Part shown: positions 13,177 to 24,907 of the stretch, piece after piece
Position numbering within the stretch: position 1 is the stretch's first letter
Layout of the letters: each line of letters starts with the position of its first letter
NCBI GenBank assembly: GCA_030704615.1
Contig: CM060731.1
Coordinates: 12,834,001-12,898,000 of the forward strand
Length of the DNA stretch: 64,000 nucleotides
Reading direction: 5' to 3'
DNA from: Takakia lepidozioides
Taxonomy: Eukaryota; Plantae; Bryophyta
Notes under the pieces: generated by a model
What the model was told of the DNA's origin: nothing
What the model saw: the letters and a program-made list of their open reading frames with translations, nothing else
Databases searched by the model: none
Made by a program: the position numbers and the translations under genes

Positions 13177-13923
13177 CAGTGTTGGCCGGTTATAAGAATT
13201 TTACATATCCGCCGGTTAAGGTTACTTCAATATTTTTGGGATGGACACACTCCATGGTTATGTATAAGGATAATTTTTTTATTTTAATATATCCATCGGT
13301 TAACTATTCTACAAAATTCTTCAAATTTAGACGGTTATGAATAGGAGGGTTAGAGGTGTTCTAAAATTGGCGGATATATATGTAATTGGCGGTTACATAT
13401 AATATATTGAATGGGCACTTCTCAATGATTTTTGTTAAAAATAATCAATTCTCACATGACATCCAAATGAAGATGAGAACCTTTAATAAAGATAGTAATA
13501 GATAGGTAATGCTAGAATGCTCCAAATACATGAGACAATGACAAATAAAATGACTAAAATAAAAAAGAAAGAAAGCCAAAGAGGGAAGTTGGCTAACATT
13601 TAACGTAGCAATAAGTTATACATATTGAGCGCACCTCTTGCAAAAGTTGCCAATAGTGAGGTATGCAGGCAATCAATGCAGTTGCATTGTGTGAAGAGGC
13701 GTGTCCTATACTTTAACCATTATAGGGGTGGTCAAAACGCCTTAGTAATCCGGGTATAGAGTGTAGTGCTAACCATAATATAGGGTACATATACATACTC
13801 ACCTCCTAACCGTCGGTTATCTATTTGCTCTGTTTTGTAAAAATATCATGTATGCAATTATGTATACCTACTAACCGGGGTGATAATCGACTCACTAACC
13901 GGAGTAGAGTGCGGCCAACACTG
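13177..13923. mobile_element. Non-autonomous hAT-like element
   Basis: Perfect 12-bp TIRs CAGTGTTGGCCG / CGGCCAACACTG with GGTTA/TAACC subterminal motifs. The flanking 8-mers do not match (no intact TSD). Confidence 0.75.
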
Positions 13924-14321
13924 GTTTGGACTTTGGACGTTTGCGTCGGGCGATTTGGTTGTATTATCTATTAATCTGCCTCGATTTGCTTTTGGTAGCG
14001 TGCTCTTCAGTCTTTTGTACCAATCAAGAGTCATGGGCGCGGTGGCGTTTCGTGTTTCCGCACGCAAGATGTAAGGGGAAGAAAAAGAGTGTCACAGGCA
14101 TGGGTCTGACACTCTTTTTCAGATTACAAGTAAGTGTCATGTCTCACTCGGAATGCAATGTCACACGTTGTGTGGGGTCGCTGGGGAGCCAGAGAGATAG
14201 AAAGGGGAGGACCCTTTATAACGGCAGTAGGTTGCTCACGGGAAGAGTGAGGGAATTAAGGGGTGAATGCAGTCAGCTTGTTTAGTTTGCTGGTCACATA
14301 TGTTTTCTCGGTGACCGCAGA

Positions 14322-15950
14322 ATGACTGACATGGAGGCATTGGAAACCAAAGGTAATTTGGAGGTGAAGGTTTTAGATGGTGTGGACGAAGACGGCAAGA
14401 CAATCCTGGAAGATGAAGCGTGGCTGCCAGCTGGCTTCGAGCATGAGCCTCCAGTGCTAAAGGTGACTCAGCCCAAGGGAACGTTCTGCCAAATTGATGC
14501 GAGATTTTCCGTTGCGTTGGATCCTGATGGAGTCTACAACATCATTACTGACCCCAACAACCGGCGTGTGTTCAAGAATATCAAGGTGGGCACTCAAAGG
14601 GTTGGTGTGGGGCCACTTCGTTTTAGCTTAGTCTTTGTAAGAGTTTCAGAGATGGTGATGTGCATCAGTATTGGTAGCAACGGATGCCTTGAAATGTGGT
14701 TAATATACTTCAGAGCTGGCATTTGAGCATGGAGTGTTGATGTATTACTTCTTTGGGGGTCTGGGTGCATGCATGTTCGAGAGAGAAAAGAAGAAGAAGA
14801 AGAATTTGTGTTATGTCCATGGGAGGCCCAGTGGCCCTATTGGACAGGAGACCTACCAGAGAGCCTATCAAAAAATAAATGTTGTATTATAAGTGTCTGT
14901 GAGTTAGGGAAATAGGTGAAAGTGATGTCATGCCTTTAGACTCCTTGAAGCAACTAAAGGTTGTAGCAAGGGCCTGCTACAGCAAGCTGTAAAAGAGTTT
15001 TGGCAAGGTGGACATTGTTTTATGTTGACCGGGGTGAAAGAATGTTGTAGTCTGGATCCCTGGACTTCTGATTGCATTGTTGAGGACAATTTGTGTCAGA
15101 AAATAGAATTGTCATCACCAGTTCATGTTGTCATTTTTCTATACATCAGTAGGAAAGTCGTTGGAGAGGGACCAGTATTTTCACACCGTGGCCCATTGTG
15201 GAGAAGAAAATGCGAGCTGAAATGCAAGCCCACTGCTGAGCAATCATAGAGAGGGTTGGGTTGGCAGGAAGTAACTTATCGCAAGGTGCTCGAGGATGAT
15301 GGCAACCGGCAGCTGGTAGAGGTTGAACAACTTGGCCGCTGGCGATTTCTTATGATTTCAGGGACCTTCGCATCTCGTGTGATTGTTGAACAAAACCGGC
15401 AAGAACATCTGGTACAGTGGTTATTTGAACTTACATCTTCCATTTAGAAATCTGTGACAATTGTGTATGCACAGGCTTTCTCAGGAATCAAGTGACATAG
15501 GTGTCTCAAAAAATGGTTTATAAATTGTAGCTTGATTTGCATCACAGACCTTGCTAAATTTCACTTGTTTGTATAGGTCAAACTTCCATGTGAATCTTAT
15601 CGGTAAAGGTGACACTCCTAATTTATCTATTACAGATGCTATTCGATCTGGCAAGGCAAGGAATGATGCGGAAGTTTACGGGTTCATGGAAGCTCGAGCC
15701 CATGTGGCCCTCTGAAGCAAACTCAAAGGCAACAGGGAAGGAAGGAGAGAAGGAAGGAACAGCTTCTGCGGTAGGGTCGTGGGTGAATTTTCATCAGGTT
15801 CTCGAGCCTGCAATGATTCCTCCCTGGCCTCTAAACATATATGTGAGGGGTGTCTCAGAGAGGATCATCCGTGAGATGTGCGGGGACTTGCAGCGAGAGT
15901 GCCTGCGTCAGTATGAGCTGAAGAAGTCTCTTCTGGAAGAGGATACGTAA
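14322..15950 (+). CDS. START/SRPBCC (polyketide cyclase/dehydrase and lipid transport) family protein, 3 exons: ~14322-14585, 15268-15411, 15636-15950
   Basis: PDGVYNIITDPNNRRVFKNIK|EVTYRKVLEDDGNRQLVEVEQ...|MLFDLARQGMMRKFTGSWKLEP, typical of this plant family. Canonical splice sites. Confidence 0.82.
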
Positions 15951-18022
15951 GACCCGATGTAAATCTGGCCACCCAATTGCTGTAGCTGCCATGAGGACAA
16001 TAGGAGATAGCAGTAGCCATTTCCCGAGTAGAGCACAGCTTGAAAATACAGTCAACAGAGGGTGGAGTAAATGTCCACATTAACGGTCTTCTTTTGTAGT
16101 AAATTTGTCAGAAAGTAGCCTGTGGACTAACTTCTGATTATGTGAGATCTAATTCACACTGGCAGGCTCACCCGTGTTCCCAGCTATAGCCTAGTCACCA
16201 CGAACTAATCCTTTAGGGGGCCTTGATAATGGTGAATTGTGGAACAATGATCAGAAGCCTTATGAATGGGATGCGTACTGCCAACATTGGATACTAATTT
16301 GAATACAATTCTGCTCAAGGGGTCAAGTTCTCTTTCTACGATAAGTAGGAAGGAAAAGGTTCTCTCAGAAAACTGGGGGTTGCCTGTGGGTTCGGAACCA
16401 ATTTGGATGGGGAATGCTGTGTGTCAGTTGTTCTACGGCTGGGGTGACTTGTTCCCAATGGAGTGGATGTGCGTTGCAAGTTTTGGCAAAAGAAAGAGAG
16501 TTGGATGCCTGGTGCTAGACATTTTTAAAACCTATGCATTGGTAAAGACTGCTTTCGATATGTTGTAGAGAAAGAACTTTGTCAAGAAGTAGCTTTGGAT
16601 ACTGAAGCATGACCAGTTTGAGAATCTATACTGTCCCCCCAAAAAACTCTAAAGAACACAAAATGTCTGTCAAAGATGATCTTGTGCTCATTAGAATTCT
16701 GTCAGTTCTTTCATGCAGTCTCAGATCATGGAATCTTTATTAGTGAATTCTTCACCTGTACTAAAATTAAGCCTGTGCAAATGGTGCCCTCTGTCTGGAT
16801 CTTGCTTGTTTTCTGGTGAAGGTCTTCTATCAAACAGTGTTCAAGCACCAATCAATCTTCATCCTTCATTTGACCCATTCACTCATGCATCCTTAAATTC
16901 ACAACTTTGTGGATCATTTCCATTATACAGTGAAACACAGCACTATTGAACAAGAACCGGTGCTTACTTAGTTGTGAGCAACTCACTGTAACGCAGACAG
17001 TAAGTTAGACACTAGACACAGGGTTTGCAGGGAAAGAAAGAGATGAAGGACTCCAGAGACTTGCAAATTGAACACACATTTGTATTGGGAATAGTAGCAA
17101 TTATATACACAAGGAATGACCACCCGAGGTCATCTCATCTACCTAATCACTCTATGTCACTGCTCCTCCCTGAACTCCACAAATACCTCCTCATTTTCCT
17201 CACTCCCTGTCAATCTCCCCAAAGCGGGAGTCGAGACACTTGCCGAAGCGTAATCGTATCTTGTGGCAGAGAGCGGCAGAGAGACAGAATAAAATCTGTG
17301 GACCACATGCCACGTGTTAGGCTGTCACTATTACATAGTATTGATCGATAACAAATATGAATATATCTGTGCAGGCCAATGAGAGGAATACAAGTGTTGG
17401 AATTCAGAATATCTGATCGGATTCTTGTAGCGACGCTGCGACGCGGCGGAAGGCGGGGCAGGCCACGTCACAGCGCCGAGACTGTGGGTGCGAGATGTCC
17501 GCTGCTCTGCTCGGCTCTCCTTGTTGGCGGCCGGGCCGAATGAGAGCCAGGCAGAGCGTAGAGAGCAATTTGGCTTCCAGAGCCAGAAGCCGAGTTGAGA
17601 TTTGCAATTTGCTTGCAAGGAGATGGAACAGTGAGATGTTGTGACATTCGTTAACCGATTGGTCTAAGTCGGTGGAAACGAGTGATTTGCTGTGCTCTGT
17701 TTTTGTAGCAGCAGACTGAAATGGAAGTATTTGAGAGCGTGGAGGAGTGTGTTCGCCCTGTGAATTGGCTTAAAGGTGGTGGTTTGATTAGACAGCACTT
17801 GATAGTAGCTTGATAGCCGTGGGAGAGAGTCGAGAGGAAAAAGAAAGGAGTTTTATCGTTCAGAGGGGTATTAAGATAGATAGTTGTGGGGAGCGGAGCG
17901 GAGGATTGTGGCCTGTAAGGTGGAGGAGTCTGCAGAGTGAGTCTCTTAGGGGTGAGAGAGGGAGTTAAGGGAGGGGGAGTCTGAGATTTGTTTTGGTGGG
18001 GAGGAAGGGGGGGTTTGCAAAT

Positions 18023-19063
18023 ATGGCCGTAGAAAGAAGTCCGCTTATCCCAGGGTTGCCAGATCACGTGGCCATGCTATGCCTGCTGCGAGTGCCAAGG
18101 CTGCACCATGCTCATCTTCGTGCGGTGTCTATTCAATGGAATGCGGTTCTTAGAAGTGCTGAATTCTACAGTGAACGCAAGCGGTTGGGTTTAACTGATT
18201 CGTGGCTTTTTGTCACGGGCACTGATATGCTCCGGTCGTCGCAGACTGTGTGTTGTATGTTCGATCTGACGTCCAAGCGGCTGTTGTGGAGGGTGTTTTC
18301 TTCCAGTTTGCCTCAGAAAGCGGGAGTGGATGGGTTTAGGTTTGCTGCCATTGATGAGCGCCTGCTTGTCATTGGTGGGTGCAAGGTAGCAGTAGGGAAG
18401 TTAGGTGATGATCAGCTCGCAATCTTCAACACAGTGACCAACGAGTGGTCGGAGGGTTCAAGCCTCCACATTCCAAGATGCCATTTTGCGAGTGGTGTCA
18501 TCAACGGGTCCCTCTGTGTGGCAGGGGGCTACAACAATGCAGGCAAAGTGGAGGAGTCGATGGAGACTTACAGCCTGGAGAAGGATGAGTGGTCTCCTGG
18601 GCCGAAAATGCCAGTTGCATTGGACACAATCGAGAGCGATGTTGTGTTCCAGGGCAAACTCTATGTCCGAGGTTTTGTGCTGAATAGGGAGGATCCCATT
18701 GTTCTGGTATACGATCCTGTTAGCGGTAGTTGGGAGATAAACGAGTCCATGAGTTGTGCCAGCCTCGATGATGGAGACCTAGTAGCAACTGATCATGGTC
18801 TTTACAATCTGAGTATTTCAGATACTCTTCAAAAGTTCAACGAGGAGACGATGAACTGGCAACAAATTGGGCAGTTGGGTCAAACAGGCAATGCCTCTTT
18901 CAATGTAAATGCACCCCGAGCCTTTGGGCTAGGCAAGCAAATCTTTGTTTTGATAGGGGCCATGGCTGGCCCTTCTCCAGATCTTTGCATAGAGGGCGTC
19001 GCATGCCACAATCTGTTCTTAGGATTACCCTGGCATAGAGCTGGAACAATTATTCAAGCGTGA
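18023..19063 (+). CDS. F-box/kelch-repeat protein (intronless)
   Basis: N-terminal F-box LIPGLPDHVAMLCLLRVP. Kelch repeats with GG...W (LLVIGG, LCVAGGY, W..GPKMP). Confidence 0.92.
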   Translation: MAVERSPLIPGLPDHVAMLCLLRVPRLHHAHLRAVSIQWNAVLRSAEFYSERKRLGLTDSWLFVTGTDMLRSSQTVCCMFDLTSKRLLWRVFSSSLPQKAGVDGFRFAAIDERLLVIGGCKVAVGKLGDDQLAIFNTVTNEWSEGSSLHIPRCHFASGVINGSLCVAGGYNNAGKVEESMETYSLEKDEWSPGPKMPVALDTIESDVVFQGKLYVRGFVLNREDPIVLVYDPVSGSWEINESMSCASLDDGDLVATDHGLYNLSISDTLQKFNEETMNWQQIGQLGQTGNASFNVNAPRAFGLGKQIFVLIGAMAGPSPDLCIEGVACHNLFLGLPWHRAGTIIQA

Positions 19064-20079
19064 GGCGAGATGATTAAGTGCTCAGCGTCCATGCAATGTA
19101 CATATGATTTTGAGTTTCTCTTTTATATGTGGATCTGCCCCTCGGCCTGTTGGCAATCATTTCACACTTGAGGTGAATGTACTAGAGGACTGCATCCTGA
19201 AGAAACATGGTATTCACCTTGCTGCATGGCAAAGCAGGTCTCCGTTATGATTACATGCATTTTGTTGTGCAGATAACTTTTGCATGCATGTCAATCAGCT
19301 TCCCCGTGAATCTCAGTGGATTAGCCTAATGACCGAAGAAACCAGTTGACATTTGGTATACAACTGAAAGCCCTGACTAACGATGTGAACCCTTTGTCCA
19401 CTGTTCTGTGAAATGTGGACTGCCAGACATGGTCGTGACACAGAAAGGCGTCCCATGCACATAGTGAGATGCGTCCGAGAGAGCAATGAGTACCTCCACA
19501 CTGTCGTAGCAAAGAGAACATTCCATTTGCTTCTCATCGGAACAGAATATCCCAGAAGGGCTATGGCCTCAATGTCTCTGTCTGTGTTTCTCTCATGAAA
19601 TGAATGGAAAGTCTAGGATGATCCCAGAGCGCAATATTGCAAGCTGCCCACAAGGTGGACATTATACTGCACGGGAAGGCCTAGGGCGACGAGGATTAAT
19701 TTCAGAAACAAATCACAGACATGTGGATAGCAGTTTGACCGTAACGCAGGCAGCCGAGAAAATGCGCACTCTTTCCTTACCTACCGGGACTGCTGAGGGC
19801 GGAGGGTCTCGTGGGAATGAATGCACCCCCCAAAACCTAAATCCCGTCGCAAAGTGCCTCGGGGTATAGTAAGCTGATGTCGATGAAGCTCCTGAAGACG
19901 CAGAACGACTTGCAGGTTTTTCCTCTCTGAATTCAGCCAGTCTAAGTCAACGCTTACGATGCATTACAATTGCAGCAGTTTAGAAGGAACTAACAGGGGA
20001 TGGCGGAAGGTGTCTAGTCAATGCGGTCTACATATACGGTTGGTCTTACAATCAGGGGGTGGTGGCCTAAAAGAGAAAG

Positions 20080-20530
20080 ATGGACTCGATGGATCCAACT
20101 ACGAAGTGTGGATCATTAGCATGTTTGCTGGATGAGAGAGAAGTATGGGATCTAGTGGCTGGCACCACACCCACACCCAAGCCTGCGGCTATGGCAGCAA
20201 ATAAGGCTACTAGAGATGCATGGACTGCGAAGGATCATAAAAAGGCTAATCTTGACAAACATAGATGGTGATCCTCATTTAAAAGGGAAAATGTTCGGAA
20301 GCTTGGACATATTGTGAACTCATGATTGTTAAAAACGTGTAACTCTTGAGGAAGGACAGCATATGTTTCGGAGGCTGAATCCCAGTGTATGACGAACTGT
20401 TTTCGATATTGATCAAGTAGAGGTCTCTTGAAGGTGCTAATGGCAGAGAAAGTTGAAACAGATTCAAGCGCTGACCTCGTGAAGATGCATGAAAGAAAAA
20501 TGAGCATTCAAGATTTCTAGACATGGACAT
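20080..20530 (+). mobile_element. Degenerate Ty1/copia gag fragment
   Basis: LDGSNYEVW...LLDEREVWDLVAG...AWTAKDHKKA resembles a copia gag N-terminus. Frameshifted. Confidence 0.6.
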
Positions 20531-20564
20531 AAAGTCCTAGTCTTCCTGTGACATGGACCAAGAA

Positions 20565-22316
20565 ACTTCCGAGCCCTTCGCTCATCTGCGCAAGCCTCCT
20601 AGTAGCACGTTTGCTTGGAGCAGCACGGCTCTTGGCCATGTCCAAGAACACAGGTGGGATTTGTCCTATTGCAGTGGGGGAGGTTTTGTATCGCTTGGTG
20701 AGCCGCTCTATCTGCATCCAGTTTCGGGAGGTCTTTTCTTCTCACTTTTCTTCACATCAGTTTGGGGTCGCTACTCCGGGAGGTTGTGAAGCGGTGGTGC
20801 ATGGGATTCGGGCTTCCCTTGACCTTCATCCAGACTGGGTCGTCCTTCAGGTGGATGTGACCAACGCCTTCAACACGGTGTCCAGATCAGCAATATGTCA
20901 AGAATTGCGATCAGCCGGCGGCGCATGCCATCAACTCATTCCCTTTGTCAGATTGTTTTATGCTTCCTCCACCCCTTTGTTTTACAGTCATCACACCCGT
21001 ACCGGAGATCTTTCTACAATCCAGTCCGAAGTAGGAACCCGTCAGGGCGATCCATTAGGGGGACCTCTTTTTGCTTTTGCCCACTTCCGAGCCCTTCGCT
21101 CATCTGCGCAAGCCTTCCAATCCTGTATATTTCCTTCTATTGCTGATGATACCCACATCATTGGCCCTCCCACTGATATCCTTTTGGCTTTCCATCATTT
21201 TGCTACCCAACTTCACTCTCTTGGGCTCACTGTTCAACCTCGCAAATCCATAGTTTGGTCACCCTCTGGTCTGCCTTCAGATTTCGTGCCCCCTGTCGAC
21301 TTTCTAGCACCATCTGAGGGTATTCGAGTGTTAGGTGTTCTCTTTGGTAGTACCCCTTACACAACATCTTTCCTCCAAGACGCTTTGCTACAGGATACAA
21401 GCCATATAGAGCTTCTTCCCAAACTAGGCGATGTGCAGGTAGCCCATGGCATTCTCACCAAATGCTTTTTACAGCGACCTTCTTATCTTTTACGTTGTTT
21501 CCCCCCACTCCCCAGTTTGTGGAGCTTCTGTCTTCTTTTGATACGACTGTTAGGGGGATTTTTGGTTGTCTATTAGTCCCAAGTGCATTTGATAGTGAGC
21601 AGGGGCCCTTGGCATATCGTCAGGCTACCCTCCCGATCTCTTCTGGAGGAGTGGGTTTACTATCCACAATCGTCACTGCCCCTGCTGCATTTCCTAGGTA
21701 GTTGGGCTTTAGTCGCTCCAGCCTTGGCATCTCGGTTTCTGTATCAGCAACGCCCTTTTCTCATGGAGGTGATTGCCCACATCGACGATGGCTCTTTGTC
21801 CTTCCAGCAACATCTTCGTTCAGCGCGGGATCTCATTCCAACACTAGCACGGGCTTGTCTGCCACCCTTTGAACAGTTGGTCACTCAAGGTCTGGAGCAT
21901 TTACAGGATACCATCATGGAACGCGTGCACCGACACTCATTTGCCAGCATGCTTTCCGACGCTCCTTCAGATGCACATCGGGCCAGACTTCTCTCGTGCC
22001 CATCATGCAACAGAAAACAAAAGCCTTGGAAGCCCATACGCCTCTGTTCTTGTAGCTTTCTTTAGACAACGAGTTTATGTTGCTTTGCAAAAGGCTCAAG
22101 CTCAATCTATTTTACGTCGGGCAGAGGTTGTTGGGGCGGCTTCATCTCGCCTCCCCGCACTCTCTGATCCACCCTCTTTCCTGTTGTCTGACCTTTTTCA
22201 GGCTGTAGGTGATACTAGAATAGTTTGATTTCTTTCATTGTGTTAATATATCTAGTTCTACGAGCTTTGGTTGTTTCTTCTTGGGGACAATTACACCCAC
22301 TTGGGTCTTTTTATAA
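20565..22316 (+). mobile_element. 5'-truncated, internally deleted CRE-clade-like non-LTR retrotransposon (RT pseudogene)
   Basis: RT motifs PIAVGEVLYRLV, QFGVATPGGCE, VDVTNAFN, GTRQGDPLG, IADD. C-terminal QRVYVALQKAQA motif typical of REL-type elements. Frameshifts near 21520 and 21700. Confidence 0.8.
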
Positions 22317-22539
22317 AGCTATGAAGGATTTTTGCTGCATGGATTAGAGATTCTTGAATTATTAGTTGAAGGGGTTGTTGAGATATTCAGTATTTGATAT
22401 TTGAAAAACCTTTCTCAAGGTGAATGTGGACCGTCAACTCACAGAAATACAAAGATTCAAGAGGCCTTGGAGGCCAAGAGACGATTGAATTTGGGATGCT
22501 TCCTGTCATGGATGTAATGAGTCTCCGAGGAGTTTTCCG

Positions 22540-24907
22540 TTGTCATTGAGATCTCCTAAGAACTGAAACATCTTCATTTTCATCCCCAGACTCTATCCCA
22601 GTAGGTAAGTCTTGCTCACCTCCAACTTCTTGAATGTGCAAATCATTTCCATCATCCATTTCGTCCACACTTTCATGTAGTGGTACCTCATATGCTATTG
22701 GCTCCAATCTAACTGCCATCTTATCTTCTGTCATGGAAAAAGGTATGTACCCTTCATAAAAAACAACATCTCTGCTTTGTTTGACTGTTTTGGTTATTGG
22801 GTTATACTACCCTTTCACCCCCTCGGTGTATCCAATGAAAATGCATTCATCTGTTTTTGAATCTAGTTTCCTTCGTTTCTGATGGAACATGAGCATATGC
22901 ACGACATCCAAAAATCTTACAATGGGCCACACTTGGTCTTTGACCACTCCATACCTCCTTTGGTGTTCGGCCCACAACAGATGCGGTAGGAATCATGTTG
23001 TGAAGATAGTTGCAGTCCCTATTGCCTCAGCCCAAAACTGATTTGACAGATTTACTTCTTTCAACATACTCCTTGCAGATTCTTGCAATGACCTATTCAT
23101 CTGCTCAGCCACTCCATATTGCTCAGGTGTGTACGGAGTAGTAAATTGCCGAGCTATGCCATTTTCCTGACAAAACTTGGTAAAAGTCTTCGAGATGAAC
23201 TTATCTCTGTTGTCCGATCTGAGAATCTATAGGACCTTTCATGTTTGTTTCTCTGCAAGTACTTTGAACTCCTTAAATTTCTCTAAGACTTCGCTTTTCT
23301 GTTTCAGAAAGTTCACCACAACCCTCCTTGACAGATCGTCGATAAAGGTTACAAAGTAGCATGCTCCTCCAAAGGACTTAGTTTGCATTGGTCCGCATAC
23401 ATCAGAATGTATAATTTCCAGAATATTTGTCGCTCTCCGTCCACCATCACTATGAAACTGAGTTCTATACTGCTTCTCTTCTATGCAACCTTTACAGAGA
23501 TCAAGGTTGGTGACATTTTTCAATGACAGTCCTTCTACAAAAGAAGTTGACTGTTTCATTTGTCTCAACTTATTGATGCTCACATGTCCCAATCCCATGC
23601 CATAACTCAGTTTCTGACATGACTAGTCTTGATCCCGCCTCTGGTAAATAGGTTGCAAGAGCACTAGAACTTTGATTCTCCAATCTATATAGACCATTGT
23701 CTAAAAGAGATGCATGTGCTACTACTTCACCTTTGTTATCTGAGATGAAGCAACCTTCATTCTGGAATAACACTCTATATCCCGCATCAACTATCTTCCT
23801 TACTGACAGCAAGTTTTTGGTTAAGGTAGGTACGTATAGAATACCTTGCACTTCTCGAATCTCTCCTTGATTTATCAGAAGTGAGACTGAACCTTCTCCA
23901 CTAATGACATGTTTGCTATCATCTCCCAAGAGAACATACTAGGAAGAAAATATAGATTTGTATGTGAGAAAATGTTCATTTTCTGGAGTCATATGTTGAG
24001 ATGCTCTTGAATCAATGTACCACTCATACTTTTGCCTAGTAATGCTAAAAGTGAAACTACAAATAAGACAAGATGTTTCTGACGACTAGCTACATTCCCT
24101 GTGTTTCTTGATTCTCTCGTTTATGCTCCTCTGCTATGCGTATTCTACAATCTTTTATCCCACGCCCAATTTTCTTGCAATGAAAGCACTTAATCCTTGA
24201 GTTCAGCTTAAACTTTTGAGCCAGACTTTGCAGTTTAATATGAAGGGAATTTCTTCTCCAGGTTTAATATCTGTGAACAAAGCCTTGTCTACCAATGTAG
24301 ACGCCCATTGACCTCATCGTTTCTCCTCCTTCAGGAGAAGACCTATGACCACCTCAGTTGTTAAGCTTCCAAGACTGGTAGTTGATTCCATTGAACCGAT
24401 CTTCTACTTTTATATCTAATGCGTTTCCATGAGCAGAATTTGCCATTAGGTCTTTCTTTTCTCAGTATCTAAAACTTTATACTTGACAATCAGCAAACTC
24501 ACAGACTTTTACTAATCACTGGCCGTGTTCCAAATTGTTTTGGCTAGGAGCTCCCTTTGATCACATCCTCGTTGCCACCTCGTAGCACCTCCTCTACCTA
24601 GCATGAAACTGCAACCACCTTCTAACAACTAGGCTATGATACCATGTTGAAAGCATAAATAGAACAAAAAATGAGGATTGTATAGAAGCTCTCCACCCAA
24701 CCATAGAAGCACACAGCATGAACAACTGATATGTGGCTTTACCTCCGAGCTTGTTATATAGTTCTAGCTAGGCTAAAAGCAATCACTAAGACTTGCCTTT
24801 TAGACCTACTTTTACGATATACATTAAGCAGTCCCAAAATGGACTAGCTTTAACCTTAAAAGACAAAAGCCTCTCTAAATAGAGAATTACTTTTAATGTG
24901 TCTAACT
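22540..24907 (-). mobile_element. Degenerate Ty1/copia LTR retrotransposon (5' LTR, PBS, partial gag, protease, integrase; RT/RNase H absent)
   Basis: LTR ends at 24645. PBS next to it. Zinc knuckle CFHCKKIG, protease WYIDSRASQHMT, integrase IHSDVCGP...YFVTFIDD, TTPYTPEQYGVAE. Many stops and frameshifts. Confidence 0.9.
24632..24644 (-). other. Primer-binding site (tRNA-iMet-like) of the copia element
   Basis: TGGTATCATAGCC on the minus strand immediately after the LTR's terminal CA. Confidence 0.8.
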
